Both the position numbers and the translations under genes were made by a program. A stretch of 64,000 bases of DNA, taken from contig NMRA01000527.1 in assembly GCA_002633005.1 (NCBI GenBank), forward strand, positions 1 to 64,000, written 5' to 3'. Below the pieces are notes generated by a model. The model had not been told where the DNA came from and ran no database searches. It saw only the letters and a list, made by a program, of their open reading frames with translations. Shown here in pieces: positions 12,580 through 22,834 of the stretch. The DNA comes from Phoronis australis (taxonomy: Eukaryota; Animalia; Phoronida). Position 1 is the first letter of the stretch, and the number at the start of each line of letters is the position of its first letter.

Positions 12580-14330
12580 TTCTAATCTATGTGGTGTCAT
12601 CTCCTTAGAAGTCGACTTGAAATGGCCCGCCATTCTGCTCTACTCTTTGCCCTTCTGGTACATTCTTGCAGTGATAGATTCGTCCAGTCCTTGATGCCAT
12701 CCAGCCACATTCTGCGTTGTCTACCTCTTGCTTTCACCCCTTCTGTTTTTTCTTCCAGTATGTTCTTGCAGATGGTGTCATGCCTTTTAATGTAACCAAA
12801 GTATTTCAGTTTTCTTGTTTGGATTGTATTTAGGAGTGATGGTTTAATTTTGAGCAAGTTACAAACATCTTTGTTGGTCTTTCTTTCTGTCCAGCTGATT
12901 TTTTCCATTCGTCTGAATGTCCACATTTCAAAGGCCTCTATTTTTTTCTCCAGGTTTTTTTTTCATTGTCGAGTCTCAGATCCGTAAAGCAGTACAGAAT
13001 GTATGTACCATCTCACAAGTCTGGTTCTAAGAGTGAAGATGTTCTTTGATATTAGCACTCCTGTCATAGAGATGAACCTTGATTTTGCCATTCCGATGCG
13101 CATCTTTATTTCTTCATCACTTCTGCCATCCTGTGTGACATGTTGACATACGTATTTAAAATGCCCCCTTTCTCCAGTCTCTTTTCATTGATCTCTATGT
13201 TTGCCTTGAGACCATTCTTTTTGATATCACCATCACTTTTGTTTTCTTAATGTCATATCCAGTCCATTTTTGCTGCTGCTTTTGTTAACGATGTTGACAA
13301 GTTGTTGTAGGTCCTGTTCATTATTGGCCATAAGGACTGTGTCATCTGCATATCTCAAATTATTTATATTTCTGCCGCCAACAATGGCACCCTTCAAATT
13401 GCTGCTCTCTCAGAATACGAATTCAGTGTAGATGTTAAAAAGATATGGTGACAAAACACAACCCTGTCTGACTCCTCTTTTGATTGACGTGTATGGAGAA
13501 AGCTCGTTCTGAATTCTGATGGCTGCTTTTTGGTGCCAGTACATGTTTGTTATAATTCTTATGTCTTTGCCATCAATACCGATCTTTTCTAGGCATTCTG
13601 TCGTCTGCACATGGTGGACCCTGTCAAAATGCCTTGGCATAGTCGATAAAACATGCATACAAATCCACCTGGTTTCCTAGACTTTTAGTGCTATGGTGTT
13701 GAAGCAAAATATTCCTTCCCTCGTGTCATTCTCTGCTCTGAATCCAAATTGTTCTTCTCCGACTTCGTTGTTGATCTTACGTTTAATGCGCTCTAAGATG
13801 AACCTCAACAGTAGTTTGGTGACATGTGACATGAGGCTTATTGTTCGAAAGTCTCCGAATTCGTTCGCCTTGGCTTTCTTTGGTAGTGTGATGTAAACGG
13901 ATCTTGTTATAGTTCTTCTGGTATATGTCCTGGGTCATATATCTCATTGAATAAATCAGTTAGTGCTGTGGTGCTGAAATCGCCTAAAACCTTTAACATT
14001 TCGACTGTTATTCCGTCCTCACCCTGGGCTTTCCCTTATTTTGTCTTTTTAATTGCGTTTTCCACTTCTGCTTTTAATATTGGTGGACCATTGTCATTCT
14101 TTGTTTTTGGCATTTGAGGTCTTTCATCTTCAAATAGTTCCGCGATGTACTCACTGCAACGATCTAAGACTTCCTCGTTGTCAAATAATATGTCGCCTCT
14201 CTTGTTTTTAACGCAGTTACTTGTAGCAGTTGATTTGGATTTACCAGACATTTCCTTTACATCTTTATGCATCTGTTTTGAGTCGTTTTGCTCTCCTGTT
14301 CTTTCTATGTTGTTGCATTTTGCTTTTAGC
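12580..14330 (-). mobile_element. 5'-truncated, frameshifted RTE-clade LINE (reverse transcriptase and C-terminal region)
   Basis: Minus-strand fragments GVRQGCVLSPYLFNIYTE, NNLRYADD (~13341-13365), PPILKAEVENAIK, SWTERKTN..V, KLKYFG.I.R and RGRQR..W.D.IK.W are typical of RTE/BovB-like ORF2. Split over several frames. Confidence 0.92.
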
Positions 14331-14422
14331 TATATACTTTGTGAGATTTGTATTTACTAATATACCCACTCCATTCTGATGTTGCTCACCACACCACCTA
14401 TTTTCTAATGATATTACTAAAA

Positions 14423-14694
14423 CTGAGCCCAGATTTCATTCAAAATAAATGGGGACTCAGTCCTTAAATTGGGGGTGTTGCATGAAAAGATCCCTAATTA
14501 TTTTCGATAATATTGACAATTCAACTAAGAATTCACTCTCGATTTGCATCAAAGTCAAAAGTTGACTTAGTAATGAAACTAAAACAATACAAGAAAGGGT
14601 AATCGATGTTTTCACAAGTCTAAAAATACGCAGTAGATTTAGGGAACTTTGTTGAGTCCCTATTTGGGACTGTTTCATGCAACCGGGCACTAGG
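14423..14694. mobile_element. MITE with GGCCCGGTTGCATGAAA-like ends; a related end lies at 12502-12527
   Basis: Right end GACTGTTTCATGCAACCGGGCACTAGG; internal GTTGCATGAAA; degenerate left end CTGAGCCCAGATTTCAT. Confidence 0.55.
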
Positions 14695-14744
14695 GTGGGT
14701 TCGGCTAAACCAGCCTTCCGTTCAGTAACGCTAAGACTTCACTA

Positions 14745-14855
14745 AAAAGCAAGACTTCCCGAGATTACGTGACATTGCCGTGTATTTTAAATAAGAACAT
14801 GTAACTTTGACTAGATTTTTGTTAGATCCTCGCGTAGGTCCTAGCGTTAGCGACG
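14745..14855 (-). repeat. Dispersed repeat fragment, inverted homologue of 5893-6005
   Basis: Reverse complement aligns by eye with 5893-6005. Confidence 0.8.
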
Positions 14856-15261
14856 CACGCCAGTTTCTAGAATAGACGAACTGGATCTGTTCTGGCTGAT
14901 ATTTAGTCATGAAATGACGTCGAGTAGATTAGTAAGTCGAAACTCACAACAAGGACACACTGATCCACTCTAAACAATAACTGTATTTTAATTCTAATTT
15001 CGGATTGATGTCAGCCAAGTCAACTGCAACATCTTAACAAATACTTTTTTACGTATACTGCGCTGTACTGTGTTAATTCGTACTGAATGCGCAATAGTGA
15101 CGCTGAAACCTTGTCCCTCAGCCTGTACGCTTGTCTTCGTATCATAGTGCTTACATTAGATACCAATAATGATTTATTGCGCAGAATAATATATTATAAC
15201 AAATTAAATAGCAAACATGCGGTGTTTATGTATTCTTTACAGGTTTTTAAATATGAAGATA

Positions 15262-15406
15262 ATGGCGGAGGTGGTAGCGGCGGTGTTGGCCGCGGCGATG
15301 GTGGTGGTTTTAAAGTGGTGGTGGAGTATTGATGTTGATGGTGGGAATCACGCAGTGATGATGGGGACGGCGGGACGTAGTGGTGGCCGGGTAACGGTGG
15401 TGATAG
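15262..15406. repeat. Degenerate (GGT/GGC/GAT)n low-complexity tract
   Basis: Triplet-rich G tract that explains the spurious Gly/Pro/His-rich ORFs here. Confidence 0.75.
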
Positions 15407-17835
15407 TGCCAACTCTGGCAGACCTTTTTATTCGCCGAAGCCCTGACAGGTTTGTTTAGTAGAACAGGTGAACAGTGAATTATGGATGGTGCAGAAGAAG
15501 TAACAGAGAACACAATCACAAATAAAAGGCACATTCCGTGAGCAAAAACATGCGTAAAACACCTGAGCAGGAAGTTTTTACTGGTTTTTGACAGAATCCC
15601 AGCTTGGACGATTAATAATTTAAGAGGTGAATACAGAATATAATTTGGCGTCTTTTGTAAAAATGTTTGTTTTCAATAAATTAAAAAAACGTGTTATCAA
15701 CGGCATAACTATTTTAACAAGTATCCTGTAAACTTATTTTGAATCTAATTCGTCAAATTTAGGTAGACATAATTAAATTATTGGGGGACATTTTTATATA
15801 AACCCATGCACAGTTTGAAAAGAATTATAGCTGTAAAAACATTTTAAAGCTTTCGTCGATTCACAGTAGACCATCTTACATAAAGATGACAATACAGATA
15901 CAGAGCAGTATACATGGTTATTACAAAGAACTCATTCATTATACATTCAAAGGCCATTTATTACATTTTGACAACTGAAACATAGACAAATAGTCTGTGT
16001 CTTTAAATACGACATGTACGGATACACGGCTAAAGCGAAAAGAACCCGTGGAGAATAATTTGGACTAAATTTTGTGTATCAAAAATTTTCTTTTGATAAT
16101 TGCTTTGTCCAGTGAAGCAAAATACAGTGCGTGTGGTTTTCACCATGAACTAGATCAATTCGCGAAATCCGTTCGAAATACTATTCTGTATTTTCGATAA
16201 CAATCCAACGGAACCTATTGGTACCTCTTATTTTTTATTTTATTTTCCTACTACAATTTTGTCGGTATGCAGACACGACACCCTTGTGCACGGGAATTAG
16301 CTGAGGGAATATGGTGAGTGTTTCACTGACCAGGGGCAGTTGAACGGAACTACCTTGCATACGAAACGAGAACAAGGGGCACGCGTAAACAGCGTTTGAA
16401 AGTGCATTGATCTTTGTATTGTTCAACCGTTCGGCAGAATATTATAACTTAGGACTGCGCATTTTCGTGAAGGACACGTGTATGGGACAGAGGGTGTTTA
16501 TATTATCGTCCAGGTAGGTTTCGTAACAACAGTTAATGTAGAACATTGTAACGTTCTTCAAAAACTTTGAAATTCCTATACCGGTGCACAGATATCAACT
16601 ACTGACTTAAATGTACTAAAACCATGTCAGTCACCGCAGTAAGAAATAATGTTTGCATGCTCATGACGCAACAACGATAGCACAAACAAGACTTGAATGT
16701 GTGAATCTGCTAAGAACAGCTACCCTGAAAATCGGAAACACCGAATAGTTTCACGTGACTGAAGTAGACTGATTACAGACGCCCTCTATCTCTTCCGCAA
16801 TGGCTTCCAAATCTGATTAAGTGAGACGGATTTGAACCATCGCGATTTGACGTCACAAGAGAACTAAAATGGATAGGTGTAAATGACGACAAATAAGGAC
16901 GTACATCATCGTTAGGAACTTATGAATATTTAAAATGGATTTTGTTCATTTCTTAAACCAGTCACTGATTGTTTGCGTTGACAAAACGCCGTGAGTCTGC
17001 CCCAGGTGCTACAAATAGCTTTATACTTACTTGCAGACTCACCAACCAATCAGCGCGTACCTAGCAGGTACATCTAAGACCACGGACATCCACAAAGACA
17101 TTATGCAAACACGGCATTGGAATGGTTTGAATAGATTTTGTGTGCTCTTAGTCTTAATACACAATCGACACGTGCCGAGTTCACATAGTTTAGTATCAGG
17201 AGAACTTCATTTGAGAAATTCATGAATGTTTTTCAATGCTACAACAGGTGGTATATACGTTCAGCCCAGGTAACTTACAGGTATTATGGATGAATGATTA
17301 CCTTTCTCAATCAATACCTACAGCAGAAGGCTAATACCTGTGCACTGGATATCAAATGACGAATGAAGATTTCTGTTATTCGAAATAATTTACCAGAAAT
17401 TCAATTTCTGAAAATATTGACAACTTGAACACCGAAATCGATTTTTGAAATCACCTATCAATGGTCATAAATTTTCTTTAACTGTGTAGGGTTTTCATGT
17501 TGTCGACACAGATAGCTACACGTAACTCATGATACAAAATTTATTTTTATCCATAAAATGCGCTATTGTTCCTTCAACACAAGCTTTTGTTTTGAAAGGA
17601 GGCAAACGAATGAAAATACGCGTAGTAACCTTTGTTTTTTCAGTGACACTACACTGGCATAACTGTCAAAAGCAAGACTAATATCTGAACAAAAAAGTAT
17701 GTCGTAAACGGAAACATGTAAACATTTTCCAAACTTTAGATTTCTCAGTTGAATTATCCTACATTCAAGGGCTTACTCAATATACAAAAGAACAGGAATA
17801 CACAAAGGAATGTGGTTCTCTGCTTCGTGTATCCG

Positions 17836-18245
17836 CCAATCACAGAGGGCACAATGATAACATGTGGACGGTCAGCTTCCATTTTTCAAATTTGTGGTAT
17901 GCAAAGGATTTCACTGGATTAACGAAGGTTTACTCATCAAATAAGAACATGATTTTGCCCTCAAAGTGCCGGCACCAGCCCAAATAGTCTCCAATCAACG
18001 TTAATTGTTCTAGACAGCCAATCAGCAGCCGTCATTAATGGGCACAAGTGACTCTCGACCAATCAAGTTCCGGCTTGGGCACGCACGATCGATGGTTAGT
18101 AATCATCTTTCTAATCTAGGGATTTCAACTGATTACTAGCGAACCACCGGCTGTCAAAGAACGATAACTTTCTCTAAGAAAATAAAAGGACGCGTGCTGG
18201 GTTAGCCTATAAAAGGGTGATAGTGCCTAGGCACGCGACAGTCTT
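17836..18245 (+). promoter_or_regulatory. Scratch promoter: CCAAT boxes, TATA box, Inr-like site, HES-type sites
   Basis: CCAAT at 17836, 17991, 18018 and 18059. TATAAAA at 18208-18214. CAGTC Inr-like site about 30 nt downstream (18239-18243). CACGCG sites at 18191 (reverse), 18232 and 18254. Confidence 0.75.
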
Positions 18246-18501
18246 GCGAGAGACACGCGAATACATTTAGTGAGGCACTCGATGGTACGGTTAATCCATT
18301 AGAACCATACAACTGACTAATGGACTAGAAAACACAATACGTGTTGCTTCTACGACTTCAACGTACATAGGAAAACGGAAAGGCGTTGCATTACAGCCAT
18401 AAGACCGAGTTACGCAAAGACACTGAAATCGCTCAGGAACACCCCTCAAAACTCACCGCAAAGAGCAGAAACCAAGAAAGTGTCCTCAGCTTCTAGCGAA
18501 A

Positions 18502-18655
18502 ATGCCGCGCTCGTTCTTGGTAAAAACTGTGAAGCTAGCCGACCATTACCACACCAAAGAATCCCGGCATCATCTCCATGACTACTCGGGCTACGCGGTG
18601 ACTCCCTATACACCATTTTGTGACTATAACCCTCTCTCCATCCGTATCGCTGAAG
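18502..18655 (+). CDS. scrt: Scratch transcription factor, coding exon 1 (SNAG domain)
   Basis: MPRSFLVK SNAG motif at the ATG; donor AAG|GTAAGA after 18655 (51 codons + 1 nt, phase 1). Confidence 0.95.
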
Positions 18656-21600
18656 GTAAGATCCGTTTTCTTTATTGTAACATATCTTTACTGTTTCAAA
18701 AGCGAATATCAAAACATTTCCATCCCTATAAAAAATCTGTATGATATTAGCGAAAAAAATATGTCTCCAAAGTAACTTGGGGGTAAATGAGAAATTGGAA
18801 ATTTTCTGCCTGAATATCAAACCGGCCTTGACGCCGATTAAATGATGGAACCCATCAGTTACACCGTGTACTTTCATGACTAAAAAATGATAAAAATGTC
18901 TTAAAACGCATTGCAAAATGCCCTATTCATTAAAAAGTTGGTGCTTTCGTTAACTAAAACTCTTTGGAAGAAGAATAGAATCGCGTACGAAATGAAAATA
19001 TCAGCATTCTGAAACCCACAACCCTTCGGATTTTCCTCACTGCAGTCCAGATTTATATTATTACTTAGCTGTGCTGGTTTTTGTTTACAAAGACTCCGGC
19101 TACAGCCTCAGTTCAAAGAACAAAACTTGAGATTTCGAGATAATCTCCCATCTGTTCATAGTTCCACAACGACGCGGAGAAAAGTCTACGATCGTTAGAG
19201 CTGTGGTTTTAATGACGGCCGGCCATACGCAAACATCTGTTGCTTTTTTTCTCTATTCTACTTATCCTTTACTGGGCATTGTTTAAAAGAAATGGCGAAG
19301 CAGTCTTTGGCATTAGCATTCTTTGTAAGCAATTGCTGTCAAGAAGTACAAAAATCGAATCCAAATGGATTACACTGTTTTTATGTCACGTGCCATGCTG
19401 CTAACAAACATCTCAGAAAAAAAATCATTAAATCAAACGTGAATACATTGCTGCACAAATCTAATATCGGCTGATATTCTAAAAACAAAACAGGATTGGC
19501 AGCTAGATCTAGATATGTCATTTAAAAAATTAGTTGCGATGAAAAGTGCTTATTATTGTGTACACATCATCCCCGCAATGTAACTAATTATGTAAATTAC
19601 ATCTAATGTATTTCCATTAGAGAGAACCACGTGTCTGTTAATGCACTTTAGAGTAATAAATGTATGTATGGACGTTTACATGGTGTGTCACCTCTCACGG
19701 GACTTTGTGTGGTGAAACGTGGTGTGTGTTGGGTAAATACCGGAGAAAGTTGTCGGCAGTACTTTGAGCGGTGGAGAACGCAGTCGTAATAAATAAATAC
19801 TCTTGTTTTGAAATGCCAAAGCAGAGGCAATGACATAATAATATCGTAATATTATTGTTGACAGTTTCATGCAACTAATTCCTAAATGAATAAGCAATGA
19901 TATTATCAATACGTCAACATGTACAACTGTACGGTATGACAGCTGGTGGACAATCTTCGTTTTGTAATAATTTTAACTTAGGAGAGATTTTTCGACAAAT
20001 TTAGATGTGGAAAAAATAGTACAAGCCTATATTCGTGTTCGTTTTTTAAAAAGGTTTATCAGCAAAACCATTATCATTATTAAACCAGCGTAGCTGTATT
20101 TCAATAGCTTTAATCTCTACCCCCACACCTTTGTTTTTATCGTGCCTTGAGCGTAACTCAGCTATCATGTATCCGTCCACAACAGATAAACCAGGTAATT
20201 TCGTGATTTCAACTAGCGCCGTAGATAAAGCAACAGGCTATTCTGAACAATAGTTGAGTTCCACGCTCGGTACCCGTAAGTCGAACAATCGCTATCGATT
20301 TCACCAACTTGGTGCTGTTGACACGTTACCTCGTCTCTGAATGTCAATCAATGATATTTATTTCAGCAGATCGATCGAAAGCATACTTTGAATAATTCAA
20401 CCTGTTGTTCTCGTCTTTTCCTACCAGGGAATGCAAATATAATGAAGTTGATGTTTCACGCGCGCACGTGTCTGGTCTCTCCATGAATAACATTTGATAT
20501 TTCTAGAACCCACAGCATAGGGTATCTCTTAAAGGAGCACAATTTTATGAAATTCGCCTAAATGACGAAAAGCCATTGCTTCTTCTTCTAGACGTCTGTG
20601 CTGACATTGTAATCAGGTCGTAGGTCACAGAAACAAGCGAAAATAGCCTGGTTTGGCCAAACATCCGCCGTACTGTCACTTGCTTGAATGAGTTACCTTG
20701 TAGGTGTTACAAAATAACCAACTTTTAAGTAACAAAGATATATGGGAAACTGGGCAACAGCGCCAATTTTCCTTTTGTGCTCGATTTTAAAAATTTATGT
20801 GTGAAACCCCATGGGTCGTTTACATTGATCGTTGGAAGCAGCGCAACAGTTGGTCAGTATTAATTATTGATGAGGTATGAATATTGCAGTGGCAACGAAG
20901 CCAAATACACAGTGAATCGAATCGTCGGAGGAACGTTAGCAAAATAAAGTGCTTTTGGTGTCGGTATGACCGTTAATCTGTCACATGACAGCAAGTAATG
21001 TATTCACGTTTACAGTGATTTTTTTATATTTTGGTAATTTAGTTGTTAATTTGTTGATGTAGACATTGTAAACTCAATACAAAAATCTCGATGTGAAGCT
21101 TTTAAAAGATATTCACTCAAAACAATTAAAAAAATTCTTTGAAAATGTGATAATCATGTGATTGTTCATTTTTTTATCAAAACAAGATTTTAAATCACAA
21201 AACGTCACTATTTGAAGTCTTCAAATGGTGCTCCCCGTGGTGACATCCAAGATTCATAGGCGGTACAAAAATAAATTGCCGGTATTCCAAAGTGCACATT
21301 ACCGCAATGCACGCTCTATAATCATGTGCTCTATCGTTCGTTCAGTGGGAGACCGCGGGTAACCTAATAATGAAATATAATTCATTTACCAGTCTGCAGT
21401 GTATTTCAACTGTCACTCAGAGGGTGGGGATAGTCAGCGTAATTTTTACTTTCCACTTGAAAATGTTACGATCAAATTATAGCATAATAAACTAGTCAAA
21501 GGCTTTTAACTGAAATGCCACGTTTGTTTAATAAAGTGCCTTGTGTAGTTGTATTATCGCTCTACATTATTAACAGAGTAATGGCGTCTGTCTATTATAA

Positions 21601-22118
21601 TAAAACGTGCCCATTGTTACCACTGGTATATAACCGCTCAATGCGGAAGACGGGGTGTTCCGAACAACCGGGAGAAACATTCATTGTCTCTACACTTTCA
21701 CAGGAAGTTCGTCATCAAAACGAATGATTTTATCGTTTTGCTCACAAAATTCTACGATTTCAGAGGAGCATTGTTCTCTTCCAACTAATAAATAATCATT
21801 AAAAATTAAATGAGACTTTGACAATAAATTTAGGTGTCCATGGAAAGCAAGTCTTCAATCACGTTATAAAGAAATAGCCTAATGGAAGCGAGTTCTCAGT
21901 CGACATTGCCAGTGGTGCCTCAAGCACCGTTTCTATCAAGTTGATGGGCATGGGACTGCAGTCTATTCTTGCGTGGAGACAAATACTCCACAAGTATTAT
22001 TACAGCTACTCACGTAAACCTAAAATATCTCAGCGTCGTATTGGGAATTGGATCGATATCTTTAAGCCAACTCATATTGTCTACAAACATCCAAGTAACT
22101 GGTAAATCGTGTTTGCAG
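18656..22118 (+). other. scrt: Scratch intron (3463 nt, GT-AG, phase 1)
   Basis: GTAAG...TTTGCAG; the join G+GA gives Gly and keeps the frame (...IAE-G-YINDV...). Confidence 0.92.
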
Positions 22119-22834
22119 GATACATCAATGACGTCATAGCTTCTTCGCCGCAGTCGAACGAAGACAGCGGCCACGAAAGCAGCGGCGAATCAACAGGAAG
22201 TCCAAGTGACGTACCGAGTATTCACTCAAGCGACGAAGAGTCCTCGATTATTAGCGACAAGTCGACGGAACGAAAAATAGAGGAATTCAAGAAAAACAAT
22301 TTCACTGACGGGGTTACAGTTGGTTACACTTACGATGCTTTTATAGTTAGCGACGGGAGGTCAAAAAAGAAAAGCCAACTTTGTGCTGAAGCATCCAGAG
22401 CGCGGTATACGTGCTCAGAGTGCGGCAAACACTACGCGACGTCTTCCAATCTGTCCCGACATAAGCAGACCCACCGCAGTTTGGACTCGCAATCCGCCAA
22501 ACACTGTCCGCATTGCGATAAAGTCTACGTCAGTATGCCCGCCCTTTCCATGCATATCCTAACCCACAGTTTAAAGCACGTTTGCACCGTGTGCAAGAAG
22601 AGTTTCAGCCGACCCTGGTTGCTTCAAGGTCATATGCGATCCCACACCGGGGAGAAGCCTTATGGGTGCGCTCATTGCGGCAAGGCATTTGCAGATAGGT
22701 CCAACTTGCGTGCACATATGCAAACGCATTCTGCATACAAGCACTACACATGCAAACGGTGCGATAAGTCGTTCGCCCTTAAATCGTATTTGAATAAACA
22801 TTACGAATCAGCTTGTATTAAAGACACGGAGTAG
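22119..22834 (+). CDS. scrt: Scratch transcription factor, coding exon 2 (Scratch motif and five zinc fingers); spliced protein 289 aa
   Basis: Scratch motif GYTYDAFIVSDGRS. Fingers CSECGKHYATSSNLSRHKQTH, CPHCDKVYVSMPALSMHILTH, CTVCKKSFSRPWLLQGHMRSH, CAHCGKAFADRSNLRAHMQTH and C2HC CKRCDKSFALKSYLNKHYESAC are diagnostic of Scratch rather than Snail. Confidence 0.97.

Noticed and set aside
15087-15534. Gly/Pro/His-rich ORFs
   Set aside because: Produced by a degenerate triplet repeat; no splice or homology support.
18656-18744. Read-through tail of the 80-aa ORF 18502-18744
   Set aside because: Intronic, after a strong GTAAG donor.
22109-22118. GTG start of the 241-aa ORF in the track
   Set aside because: It lies in the intron acceptor; the real start is the SNAG ATG at 18502.
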